Of a DNA stretch of 64,000 bases, positions 53,345 through 62,368 are shown one piece after another. Position numbers and translations under genes: made by a program. Within the stretch, counting starts at the first letter, position 1, and each line of letters begins with the position of its first letter. This stretch comes from an uncultured Gammaproteobacteria bacterium. GTDB lineage: Bacteria > Patescibacteriota > Patescibacteriia > HK-STAS-PATE-3. The notes beneath the pieces were generated by a model. That model was given only the letters and a program-made list of their open reading frames with translations, did not search any database and was not told the DNA's origin. Location of the stretch: NCBI GenBank assembly GCA_964637345.1, contig CAZWTD010000002.1, forward strand, positions 6,426-70,425, read 5' to 3'.

Positions 53345-54262
53345 ATGGCTGATATTATTGAAGTAAAGGATCTAACGAAGCGCTACGGGGACTTTACCGC
53401 GGTTGACGGTATCTCCTTTTCTGTTCGTACCGGAGAAACGTTCGGTATCCTCGGTCCGAACGGGGCCGGGAAGACGACCACGCTGGAAATGCTCGAAGGC
53501 CTGAAAAGCATTAGCTCCGGACAAGCAACGCTTGATGGTCACAACGTTCAACGTGAGGCCCGCTTAGTAAAATCGCTTATTGGCGTTCAGCTCCAGGCTT
53601 CGTCCTTCTTCGATGGATTAAACCTTAAGGAGCTGCTCGAAACTTTCGGTTCGCTTTATGGGCGGAAGGTTGATGCGATGGCGCTTCTTCGAGACGTTCA
53701 ACTTGAGGAAAAAGCGAAAAATCTTGTCCGTGAACTCTCGGGCGGCCAAAAGCAGCGCCTCTCGATCGCCGTCGCGCTGGTGAATGATCCGAAGGTGCTC
53801 TTCCTTGATGAACCGACGACCGGCCTAGACCCGCAGGCTCGCCGAAATCTCTGGGACCTCATTACGGAGATCAAAGGACGAGGCAAGACGATTGTCCTGA
53901 CAACCCATTACATGGAAGAGGCGGAAGTGCTTTGCGACCGAATTGCAATCATGGATCACGCAAAGATCATCGCACTTGATACGCCGCTCAAGCTTCTCAA
54001 GCAAGCGGACGTCGATTCAACGATTGAGTTCCATTTCGATGGAGCGTGTACCGAGGATCGGCTTAAAGCGCTTCCCGGCGTAACCGAAGCGAAGCAAGAA
54101 GACCACTCCTTCCGCGTCCTAACTCGGGATCCGGAGCAAGCGCTCCCTGCGCTCTTCGCCTACGAAAAGGAAGTCGGCTTCACGTTGTCCAACCTTCAGC
54201 TTCGTCAGGCAACGCTCGAAGACGTGTTCCTGAAGTTCACCGGCCGAAGCCTCCGCGACTAA
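53345..54262 (+). CDS. ABC transporter ATP-binding protein (ABC-2/DrrA-like)
   Basis: Walker A GPNGAGKTTT, signature LSGGQKQRLSIA, and Walker B LFLDEPTTGLD. Confidence 0.85.
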   Translation: MADIIEVKDLTKRYGDFTAVDGISFSVRTGETFGILGPNGAGKTTTLEMLEGLKSISSGQATLDGHNVQREARLVKSLIGVQLQASSFFDGLNLKELLETFGSLYGRKVDAMALLRDVQLEEKAKNLVRELSGGQKQRLSIAVALVNDPKVLFLDEPTTGLDPQARRNLWDLITEIKGRGKTIVLTTHYMEEAEVLCDRIAIMDHAKIIALDTPLKLLKQADVDSTIEFHFDGACTEDRLKALPGVTEAKQEDHSFRVLTRDPEQALPALFAYEKEVGFTLSNLQLRQATLEDVFLKFTGRSLRD

Positions 54263-54272
54263 CCTTACGACC

Positions 54273-55391
54273 ATGACGCAACGGATTCATACCATCCCAA
54301 AACTCACCCTCGGCGCATTGAAGATGTTTATCCGGAATAAGCAGTCGCTCTTCTTTACGCTCTTCATGCCCTTTATCATCATGACGATTTTCGGCTTAAT
54401 CGGCTTTGATAAGCCGATGAAGATCGATATCGGGGTTGTGACGAACTCACCGACGGCCGAAACGACGGAATTCGTCGAACAGCTTAAGGCGATCGAGGCC
54501 TTTGTCGTTCATACGGGAGCGATTGACGATGAGCGTACCGCGTTGGAGAAAGGCGATCGAACAGTCGTTCTCCAGGTTCCCGATGCCTTGATGCCAAACC
54601 GATCGGGGCAGCCCGGCGCGCTAACTCCCCAGACGCTGACGGTTTTCACGAATGACCAGCAGCCGCAGCAAGTTCAGACTGCGCTAACGATTCTCAATCA
54701 GATTCTCGATAAGACGACCTTGGCCGCGGTTCAGGCTCCGACTTTGTTCACGATTGCTACGGAGAGTATTAGCACGCGGAATATCCGCTACATCGACTTC
54801 CTCTTGCCGGGGATTGTCGGCATGTCGATTATGCAGATGGCGGTGTTTTCGGTCGCTTTCGTGTTCGCCGACTATAAAGAGAAGGGGATTCTGAAGCGGC
54901 TTGTCGCAACCCCGATGAAGCCCTTTCAGTTCGTGACCGCGAATGTGATTACCCGGCTTCTCGTCGCGATTCTTCAGACTGCGGTTCTGATTGCGCTCGG
55001 CGTCCTCCTCTATAAGTCGACGGTCGTTGGATCCTACTGGCTCATCCTCCTCATTTCGATTCTTGGCGGAACGATGTTCTTGGGGCTCGGATTTACGATC
55101 TCCGGACTTGCGAAAACGGTTGAGGCGGTTCCGGCGATTGCCAACCTCATTGTCTTCCCGATGCTCTTCCTCGGCGGAACCTTTTTCCCGCTGACGAGCA
55201 TGCCGGATTGGCTTCAGCATGTCGTGACCTTCCTGCCGCTCCAGTATTTCACTGACGCCTTGCGTCAGGTTATGACGCAGGGAGCCGGGATCGGCGCGAT
55301 TGCGCACGATCTCTATTGGATGATCGGCTGGTCGGTTGTTATGGTTGTTCTCGCGAATTTCACCTTTAGTCTCGAGGAGAAGCGCGTCTAA
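54273..55391 (+). CDS. ABC-2 family transporter permease
   Basis: N-terminal TM, a large extracytoplasmic loop, and five C-terminal TM helices. Pairs with the upstream ATPase. Confidence 0.7.
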   Translation: MTQRIHTIPKLTLGALKMFIRNKQSLFFTLFMPFIIMTIFGLIGFDKPMKIDIGVVTNSPTAETTEFVEQLKAIEAFVVHTGAIDDERTALEKGDRTVVLQVPDALMPNRSGQPGALTPQTLTVFTNDQQPQQVQTALTILNQILDKTTLAAVQAPTLFTIATESISTRNIRYIDFLLPGIVGMSIMQMAVFSVAFVFADYKEKGILKRLVATPMKPFQFVTANVITRLLVAILQTAVLIALGVLLYKSTVVGSYWLILLISILGGTMFLGLGFTISGLAKTVEAVPAIANLIVFPMLFLGGTFFPLTSMPDWLQHVVTFLPLQYFTDALRQVMTQGAGIGAIAHDLYWMIGWSVVMVVLANFTFSLEEKRV

Positions 55392-55425
55392 CTATTTGAA
55401 GTTTTATTCTTCACGCTCAACGCGT

Positions 55426-55659
55426 ATGACCGAAGAATTCCGCGTCAACGGCGAACAGCTCGTTGCCAAAGTGAAGGAGATTATCCACGAAGGAAACGTT
55501 CGTCGGATTATCCTAAAGCAGGACGACAAGACTCTACTCGAAATTCCGGTTACCTGGGCGGCGGTTGGGGCGATTCTCGCGCCGGTTCTCGCTGCGGTCG
55601 GAGCGCTCGCTGCGCTCGTGACAGAGTGCACAATCGTGGTCGAGAAGCGTGATGAATGA
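55426..55659 (+). CDS. DUF4342-like small protein
   Basis: Roughly 77-aa protein with an amphipathic N-terminus and a hydrophobic C-terminal segment. Start moved to ATG 55426. Confidence 0.4.
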   Translation: MTEEFRVNGEQLVAKVKEIIHEGNVRRIILKQDDKTLLEIPVTWAAVGAILAPVLAAVGALAALVTECTIVVEKRDE

Positions 55660-55996
55660 ACTCACAAGCAAGCGCTGCGTGCCGTGTGAAGGCGGGATTC
55701 CGCCGGCAACCGATGAGGAAATTGCCCGGCTCCTCCCCCAAGTTTCGGGGTGGGAGGTGCGCGAACTTGAGATCAATACGGTCCGAATGAAGTCGCTCCA
55801 GAAGCGAATGACCTTCAAAGACTTTCGATCCGCGATGGCGTTCTTGAGAAAAGTTGAAGACCTAGCTGAACAGGAAGGGCATCATCCGGACTTTTGCGTT
55901 CACTACAACAAGGTTGATTTCACGCTCTACACTCATGCGATCAGAGGATTGCATGAAAATGACTTCATCCTCGCGGCGAAGATAAATTCATTGTAG
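55652..55996 (+). CDS. phhB: pterin-4a-carbinolamine dehydratase (PCD/DCoH)
   Basis: E-x-EGHHPD active-site motif (EQEGHHPDF) and a length typical of PCD. Confidence 0.75.
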   Translation: MNELTSKRCVPCEGGIPPATDEEIARLLPQVSGWEVRELEINTVRMKSLQKRMTFKDFRSAMAFLRKVEDLAEQEGHHPDFCVHYNKVDFTLYTHAIRGLHENDFILAAKINSL

Positions 55997-56082
55997 GAAT
56001 TAACTCAGGGACTGATTTGTAGTTCTGAAAATAAACGCCTTTGTCTGGGAGGATCTTTTTGTTATTTGTTCTAACGATAGGG

Positions 56083-56111
56083 TTGACAATCTCCAAGCTT
56101 TAAAGTATGTT
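56083..56111 (+). promoter_or_regulatory. sigma70-like promoter TTGACA-N17-TATGTT upstream of the HExxH protein gene
   Basis: Consensus -35 hexamer, a 17-nt spacer, and a near-consensus -10 sit in an AT-rich intergenic region about 55 nt upstream of ATG 56167, which is preceded by a GGGAGGG SD. Confidence 0.45.
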
Positions 56112-56166
56112 TTCCTGTCGCCCAAAGTGGGTGTCAAGGAATCCGTCGAACCTGCTGGGAGGGAAA

Positions 56167-56868
56167 ATGGGACGGAAGAAGTCGCGGAGAAAGGGCAGTT
56201 TCAGAAAAGCGAGCTTCGTGATCGCGCTTTTCTGCGCCATGCTCACCTTCGGGATTGTGTTCAATACCACATCGAGGCGGTCCGTTCCGCCCGGTTCATT
56301 ACAACCTCACCCTGAGTTTCCTGACTCGCTCCACGAAGCGCTGCTCGATCTCATTGAGCACCACCCCGATCCTCTCGTTTCAGACACGACGTATGCGCTC
56401 TACCGGGCAGGTCGTCTTTCGATCGGCCTTGAAAGTATTGGCAACTCTACTGAAATGGGACGTTTGCAGTTGTATCAAACCCCCCGGGGAAGCGTTTTGG
56501 GGCTAGTAGTCAATGCCGCGTTTCTCTCTTCTCCGAAGGCGAGCACCTGCAATAAACAGGCCAATATCCTACACGAGTGCGTTCACGTCCGGCAATTTCT
56601 TAAGGGAAGAATAAGCGCAGGCATGCTGAGTGGCCTTGCTCACGGAGAAGATGAGCTTCGCCAATGGTACGAGAGCGAGGTAGAGGCCCATCAAATCGCA
56701 GCTGAGTTTATGATTCGGAACGGCTGCGCCTCTGAGCACGTTACCGCTCAAGCTTTTGCTAACGGTGGGCGCGATTCATTGCGTCTAGCTGTGGCCAGAG
56801 TTTACTGTAACCCCGATGTCGTATCGCCAGAGGCATATGACATAATCTGGGATCAGGCGAGTAGGTGA
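56167..56868 (+). CDS. membrane-anchored hypothetical protein with HExxH motif (putative metallopeptidase-like)
   Basis: Basic N-terminus (MGRKKSRRKGSFRK), a TM helix, and an extracytoplasmic domain with HECVH. Start moved from the track position to ATG 56167. Confidence 0.4.
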   Translation: MGRKKSRRKGSFRKASFVIALFCAMLTFGIVFNTTSRRSVPPGSLQPHPEFPDSLHEALLDLIEHHPDPLVSDTTYALYRAGRLSIGLESIGNSTEMGRLQLYQTPRGSVLGLVVNAAFLSSPKASTCNKQANILHECVHVRQFLKGRISAGMLSGLAHGEDELRQWYESEVEAHQIAAEFMIRNGCASEHVTAQAFANGGRDSLRLAVARVYCNPDVVSPEAYDIIWDQASR

Positions 56869-56902
56869 TGTTCTTTTTTCAAGCTTCGAAAAAGGCGAAG
56901 CG

Positions 56903-56931
56903 GCCCGCGAATTATCCACGCGGGCTTTTTA
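56903..56931 (+). terminator. rho-independent terminator
   Basis: GCCCGCG-AATTATCCA-CGCGGGC hairpin followed by TTTTTATTATTT. Confidence 0.6.
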
Positions 56932-57062
56932 TTATTTAAGATGCTCAGCCCAGCGGACTTCGCCTAGTAGAGCGGCGCCTCATTCGAAACCCCGAGGCCG
57001 GTTTTCGTCCCATCGCAGCGCGTGCTATACTGTTCCTCAATTCATCAGTAAGGAGTTTCCCT

Positions 57063-57569
57063 ATGAGTAAAACCATTCTCATACTTACCATTCTCTTCGT
57101 TGTCGCTGTAGTCCTCGGTGGCCTCATCTTCGCCCTGAACCAGGGAAGCTCGTCCACGAATGAAAACACGAATACGTCGACGAACACCGCAAATCAAAAT
57201 GCAAGAGTCGGGAACACGAACACCCGAACGAACAGCTCAGCGCAGAATAGCAACACCTCGTCAGCCAATAGCAATACGAATGCCAGCGCGACGACCGAGA
57301 TTTCCATCACAGATGAGGGGTTTTCTCCAGAGTCGCTGACCGTGAACGCTGGGCAACGAGTCACCTGGACGAATACTGACAACATTGTGCATTATGTTGC
57401 CCCGAACGACCACCCGAGCCATCAGCGCTACGCCGGTGTTTGGGATGATGACGGATCGGGACGCATCAGCCCAGGGGAAACCTATTCGATCACGATTTCA
57501 ACGCCGGGGACCTATCGCTATCACGACCATCTGGATTCGAGCGTGATCGGAACCTTGATTGTCGAATAA
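57063..57569 (+). CDS. membrane-anchored cupredoxin-like domain protein (no canonical Cu-site Cys)
   Basis: SD AAGGAG, a TM helix, and an N/T/S-rich linker. The C-terminal roughly 95 aa has a cupredoxin-like strand pattern (ISITDEGFSPESLTVNAGQRVTWTNTD...YRYHDHLDSSVIGTLIV) in which His replaces the usual Cys/Met ligands. Confidence 0.45.
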   Translation: MSKTILILTILFVVAVVLGGLIFALNQGSSSTNENTNTSTNTANQNARVGNTNTRTNSSAQNSNTSSANSNTNASATTEISITDEGFSPESLTVNAGQRVTWTNTDNIVHYVAPNDHPSHQRYAGVWDDDGSGRISPGETYSITISTPGTYRYHDHLDSSVIGTLIVE

Positions 57570-57641
57570 CGCAAAGAAGAAAAACTCGGTCCAGACTGGC
57601 CGAGTTTTTCGTTCGCGCGCCTCGTGCTAAAGTACTAGAGT

Positions 57642-58739
57642 ATGTCGTCGCGGTTTATTGCCAGCCTCGGTCTTTGCAGCCTCCTCTTCGTTGGAGGTCT
57701 GCTGGCTATTCATCTCGGCGTTGAGGTAATTGCGACGAAAGCCCCGGAGCCGCCGCCGCTTTTGCGCGACCCCCACCCCGAAGAAGCCGAACTCGAAGTT
57801 CCTGAGCCAAGCGCGTTAACCTTTGCGGCGGCCGGCGATATTATGCTCGCCCGGACGGTTGATACGAAGATGGAGCAGAAGGGGATGGCCTATCCTTTTG
57901 AGAAGATGCGGGACTATCTCGATTCAGTGGATTTCGCGTTCGCCAACCTCGAATGCCCGATCGTCGAAGGCCGCGACGTTGAAGCGAATGAGATGGTTTT
58001 CCGGGCTGATCCCGGGGTTGAGGCGGAATTGGCACGCGCAGGATTCAGCGTTGTTTCGCTCGCGAATAATCATAGTCCGAACTTTGGCGCGGCAGGGCTC
58101 CGGAGCACTTTTGCTCTTCTCGATCAGGCGCGGATCGCCTACGCCGGCGCCGGCGAGGACGCGAGCTCCGCACGCCAGCCCGTTCTTCTCGAACAAAAGG
58201 GAATACGACTGGCTTTTCTCGCCTACAACGATACGGACGTTGTTCCGGATTCCTATGCCGCCGGAGCTGATCGCCCCGGAACCGTGTTCATGGACATTGA
58301 ACCGATGCGTCAGGACGTCGCGTCCGCGAGCGAGCTCGCCGATCTCGTGATTGTTTCGATGCACTCGGGTACTGAATACGAATTTACGCCGAACCCGCGG
58401 CAGGAAGCTTTTGCCCGGGCCGCGATCGACGCCGGCGCCGAGCTCGTGATCGGCCACCATCCGCACGTTGTGCAAACGGTTGAGCGTTATCAGGGAAAGT
58501 ACATTCTCTACAGCCTCGGGAATTTTATCTTCGACCAGATGTGGTCGCGCGAAACCCGCGAGGGAATGGTCGCCTCCATTACGCTTACGGCCGAAGGAGT
58601 GCAAGACATTCACTTTCAGCCAGTGGTCATTGACGACTATGCGCAGCCAAGGCCGGCGACAACGGTCGAAGCCGCGCCGATTCTGGATCGCCTCGCGATT
58701 GAGCTTGAGAGTGATGGTTCGCTAACGGAAACCCAATGA
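57642..58739 (+). CDS. capA: CapA-family (PGA_cap) metallophosphatase-fold protein
   Basis: N-terminal TM and calcineurin-like motifs (GDIML, NLE, HSG, GHHPH), as in poly-gamma-glutamate capsule protein CapA. Confidence 0.75.
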   Translation: MSSRFIASLGLCSLLFVGGLLAIHLGVEVIATKAPEPPPLLRDPHPEEAELEVPEPSALTFAAAGDIMLARTVDTKMEQKGMAYPFEKMRDYLDSVDFAFANLECPIVEGRDVEANEMVFRADPGVEAELARAGFSVVSLANNHSPNFGAAGLRSTFALLDQARIAYAGAGEDASSARQPVLLEQKGIRLAFLAYNDTDVVPDSYAAGADRPGTVFMDIEPMRQDVASASELADLVIVSMHSGTEYEFTPNPRQEAFARAAIDAGAELVIGHHPHVVQTVERYQGKYILYSLGNFIFDQMWSRETREGMVASITLTAEGVQDIHFQPVVIDDYAQPRPATTVEAAPILDRLAIELESDGSLTETQ

Positions 58740-59356
58740 CCCTTCTTTGTGCAACGCTGAACCCAGGCAAGCTTGTCGAAATTCGAACCCTGCTCGCGGA
58801 TTGCGGCTGGACGATTGGATCAATGCTGGATCGCGGTTTGACGGAACAAGCGAGCGAAGACGCCTCGAGCTTTTCGGAAAATGCGCTTTTGAAAGCCCGC
58901 GCTTTGGCGGAGCAGACGAACGAGTGGGTCATCGCGGACGACAGCGGGATTTGCATCAACGGACTTCAGGATGAACCGGGGGTTCAGAGCGCGCGCTGGG
59001 CCGGGCCGGACGCGAGCGACGATGAACTCCTTGCGTTTGCGCTCAAGCAGGCAGAGTCTCTTTCGGATGAAAATCGCCAGGCTTCTTTTCATTGCGCGGC
59101 GGCGCTCGTTGCTCCCGACGGCCAGGAGTGGGTGTTTGAGGGGCGGGTCGACGGACGGATTCTCCGCGAGCCGCGGGGAGTTGCGAAGCCGAAGCTTGTC
59201 TACGATCGGATTTTCGTTCCGGACGGCGAGACGCGGACCTACGCCGAGATGGCTGAAGCGGATAAGGCGCTCATGAGCCATCGAGCCCAAGCGTTTCAGC
59301 GCGTTCGAACATTTTTACGCATACTCCGCGATGTTGAGGAAAACTCCGGCTCCTAA
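58736..59356 (+). CDS. rdgB: non-canonical purine NTP pyrophosphatase (RdgB/Ham1/ITPase)
   Basis: ATxNxGK, DDSGL, and SARWAG motifs are present. Confidence 0.8.
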   Translation: MTLLCATLNPGKLVEIRTLLADCGWTIGSMLDRGLTEQASEDASSFSENALLKARALAEQTNEWVIADDSGICINGLQDEPGVQSARWAGPDASDDELLAFALKQAESLSDENRQASFHCAAALVAPDGQEWVFEGRVDGRILREPRGVAKPKLVYDRIFVPDGETRTYAEMAEADKALMSHRAQAFQRVRTFLRILRDVEENSGS

Positions 59357-60212
59357 ATCACGGCTTCGTCTCTTCGCGTTTTTCTTCCTGGTTCTCGCGC
59401 TCGTTTTGCTTGCCTTGGCGTGGTTGTTTTCCCGGTCAGGAGACGAGCCTCAGAATGAGAACGAAGCGCCCGTCACCAATGAAGCTCCAGCGACGAACGC
59501 ATCCCCCTCGGCGAATCGAGCCGTGAACACAAATTCCAGCACGGCGACGAATCAGACAAACGCATCTTCGAATACGAATACGGAAACGCCGAGTCAGGGC
59601 GAGGTCCCGGAGGAAATTTCACGGGTCTCAACGAATGATCGCGTTGTGGTATTCACCTTTGATGCTGGGAGCGGGAATACCTCGGTCAGCGATATTCTCG
59701 ACGCGCTTGAGGCGCAGCAGGTGACCGGAACTTTTTTCCTCACCGGGCGCTGGGCCGAACAGTTCCCCGAGGATGTGCGGGCGATCGCGGACGCGGGGCA
59801 TGAAATCTACAATCACACGTATTCCCATCCGCATCTCCCGGATATGCTGACCGCGGATATCCAGTCAGAGCTTGAACGAACGAACACCTTAATAAAGAAT
59901 TTAACCGGCAAATCAACGAAGCCCTACTTCCGTCCGCCCTACGGAGACCGGAACGACCATGTGCTCGAGGCAGCCTGGGCAGCCGGGTATCAATCGATTT
60001 TTTGGACGGTTGATGCGCTCGATTGGAAGGAAAGCGAGGGCGTAACCGCCGCGCAAGTCCGGGAACGGATATTGACCTCGCTTGAACCGGGAGCGATCTA
60101 CCTCATGCACGTCGGGGATACGATTACCGGAAGCATCCTCGACGGACTGATCGAAGAGGTGCGCGCCTCAGGCTACGAAATTCGTCCCCTCGGCCAGGCC
60201 CTTCGCGAATAG
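59331..60212 (+). CDS. polysaccharide deacetylase (NodB homology domain, CE4), membrane-anchored
   Basis: TM helix, N/T/S-rich linker, then TFDAG (TM1-like), HxxxH (HTYSHPH) and later NodB motifs. Confidence 0.8.
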   Translation: MLRKTPAPKSRLRLFAFFFLVLALVLLALAWLFSRSGDEPQNENEAPVTNEAPATNASPSANRAVNTNSSTATNQTNASSNTNTETPSQGEVPEEISRVSTNDRVVVFTFDAGSGNTSVSDILDALEAQQVTGTFFLTGRWAEQFPEDVRAIADAGHEIYNHTYSHPHLPDMLTADIQSELERTNTLIKNLTGKSTKPYFRPPYGDRNDHVLEAAWAAGYQSIFWTVDALDWKESEGVTAAQVRERILTSLEPGAIYLMHVGDTITGSILDGLIEEVRASGYEIRPLGQALRE

Positions 60213-60248
60213 GGAAGCCCGCCAGCAGGGAATGCTAGCGGGCGGGGA

Positions 60249-60770
60249 CTAGTTCTCGCGGTAGCGGTCGAGCGTTGTTTTTCGGATGTGGAGTCCGCGC
60301 GTATAGACGTGCCTCAAGGTGAGAACCCACATGAGCGGGTTGAGCTCGTCGGGCCGAAAGTTGACGTCGTCCGGGAAGCGGGCGGTAATCTCGATGATGG
60401 CACGGCACTTCACCTCGAAGGCGAGGACGCTTTTGTCGTTGCGTTCGCCTTGCGTGATGGCCAGGATGCGATGACTGACCGCGTTGGCGAGTGTTGCGAT
60501 GCGGTAGAGGCCAACCGGATCCCGCAGGCGGTTCAAGCAGACGCGGTTCAGGGCTTCGGCGAGGTCCGCGTAATCTGCAAATTGCAGTTTTTCGTGGATA
60601 CGCGGAACATTGAGTAGATAGAGCAGTCGCTCACGGTCGCGGGCTCGGTTCAAGATGTGGTCGAGACCGTGGCGCCGCCGGAGAAAGTCGCGGTAGTCCT
60701 GTATCCCGAGATCATCAGTTCGTTTTCGAAAGGTCGTTCGGGCGTAGCTCCTCTTTCGAGCGTCAGCCAT
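60249..60770 (-). CDS. hypothetical protein
   Basis: Strong SD (GGAGGG) 5 nt before ATG 60768-60770, so the track start at 60860 is unlikely. The roughly 173-aa basic protein has no recognisable motif. Confidence 0.4.
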   Translation of the reverse strand: MADARKRSYARTTFRKRTDDLGIQDYRDFLRRRHGLDHILNRARDRERLLYLLNVPRIHEKLQFADYADLAEALNRVCLNRLRDPVGLYRIATLANAVSHRILAITQGERNDKSVLAFEVKCRAIIEITARFPDDVNFRPDELNPLMWVLTLRHVYTRGLHIRKTTLDRYREN

Positions 60771-60912
60771 AATCCCTCCTCGGTGAAAGAGCACGATGCT
60801 GATTTTTCTCTTAGCATGGCAACTTTGATCGGTCAACATCACGATCGTTTTTGTCCCCACGCTTTTCCTATGCTATCCTGAACAACCAATACAGACGAAG
60901 GGGGGTGATTCT

Positions 60913-61320
60913 ATGCCTGAAGTGACAATTCAATGGTGGGCGATCCTCGTCGGCGTTGCCTTTAACATGATTCTCGGGTCCTTGTGGTATTCAAAACTCA
61001 TGTTTTGGAAAACCTGGATGGGATTAGTCGGCGTTGACGAAGAGCGGGCAAAGCAGGGTGCGAACAAAGCCATGTTCGGGATGGTCGTCTTGGCCTTCAT
61101 TACCGTTTACGTCATGGCGCACTTCGTAGCCTACACGAAAGCGGACACGATTCTGACCGGTCTGACGACCGGACTTTGGCTCTGGCTCGGTTTTGTTGTT
61201 CCGGTCAAGGGCTCGGAAGTGTTGTTTGCGAAACGCCCCGTCCAACTGTTTCTTATTGATGCGAGTTATCAACTTGTCGCCCTCCTCGGCCTCGGGGTTT
61301 TATTCGCCCTTTGGCAGTAG
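60913..61320 (+). CDS. DUF1761-family membrane protein
   Basis: Four TM helices, with the N-terminal motif WWAILVGVAFNMILGSLWYSKLMF typical of DUF1761. Confidence 0.5.
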   Translation: MPEVTIQWWAILVGVAFNMILGSLWYSKLMFWKTWMGLVGVDEERAKQGANKAMFGMVVLAFITVYVMAHFVAYTKADTILTGLTTGLWLWLGFVVPVKGSEVLFAKRPVQLFLIDASYQLVALLGLGVLFALWQ

Positions 61321-61417
61321 AGACGAAACAAAAACGGTCCGCTCGGGCCGTTTTTGTGTTCTTGCTGGACAGGCAAAAAACGGGTAAACTACCAGCACTG
61401 TTTTGTTGCTTTCTGTC

Positions 61418-62368
61418 ATGGCTAGCCTTCTCCTGGTCGAACATCTTACGAAGCACTTCAACGCCTTTCCAGCGATTGAGGATATTACTTTTGACGCGAA
61501 CCGCGGGGAGATTTTCGGTCTTCTCGGTCCGAACGGCGCCGGGAAGACGACGACGTTGCGCGTGATCGCGACTACGCTTGGTCCGACGAGCGGGACCGCG
61601 AGCGTTGAGGGCTTTGATATTGTCCGCGAGCCGGAAGAAGTAAAAAAGCGGATTGGGGTCCTCACAACCGACATCGGAGTCTATGAGCGCTTCTCCGGCC
61701 GGGAGAACCTCCGCTATTTCGGCGAGCTGTATGGGTTGAGCGGGGAAGCGCTTGAGCGCCGGATTGATGAACTCGCCCAGCTGCTCGATATGGCGAGCTT
61801 CCTCGACCGCCGGGCCGGAAAGTATTCGACCGGGATGAAGCAGAAGCTCGCGATCGCCCGTTCCGTCATCCATAATCCCGAGCTCATCATCTTCGACGAA
61901 CCAACCTCGGGTCTTGATGTCCTCGCGTCCCAGACGGTTTTGAATTTTATGAAGCGGATGAAAGGGGAGGGGAAGTGCGTCGTTCTCTCAACCCACCAGA
62001 TGCCGGACGCCGAGCGCCTCTGCGACCGGGTCGGGATTATGCACCAAGGAAAATTGTTGCTTGTTGATTCGGTCCAGGGCGTAAAAGACCAGACGAAGAC
62101 GACGAATCTCGAGGATGCCTTTCTCGCGCTCGTCGGAAGCGGCGCTCTGCCCTCAAGCGAGCGGGCGAAGCCGGCGAAAGCGAAGCCCCGCCTTCGGCCC
62201 CCGTCCCGGAAAACGCTTCGGCTTCTCACCTATGTGTTTATCGCGCTCTTCTTTCTCGCAGAATATGTTCCGGCCCTGAAGTCAGCCGGGTGGGCGAGCT
62301 ACCTCTGTCTCGGGCTGGCGCTCGCGGCCTCCTTAAGCGAGCGATTGTTTCGAAACCGCCTCCGATGA
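61418..62368 (+). CDS. ABC transporter ATP-binding protein
   Basis: Walker A GPNGAGKTTT, signature a-loop, and Walker B IIFDEPTSGLD. A C-terminal basic extension follows. Confidence 0.8.
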   Translation: MASLLLVEHLTKHFNAFPAIEDITFDANRGEIFGLLGPNGAGKTTTLRVIATTLGPTSGTASVEGFDIVREPEEVKKRIGVLTTDIGVYERFSGRENLRYFGELYGLSGEALERRIDELAQLLDMASFLDRRAGKYSTGMKQKLAIARSVIHNPELIIFDEPTSGLDVLASQTVLNFMKRMKGEGKCVVLSTHQMPDAERLCDRVGIMHQGKLLLVDSVQGVKDQTKTTNLEDAFLALVGSGALPSSERAKPAKAKPRLRPPSRKTLRLLTYVFIALFFLAEYVPALKSAGWASYLCLGLALAASLSERLFRNRLR

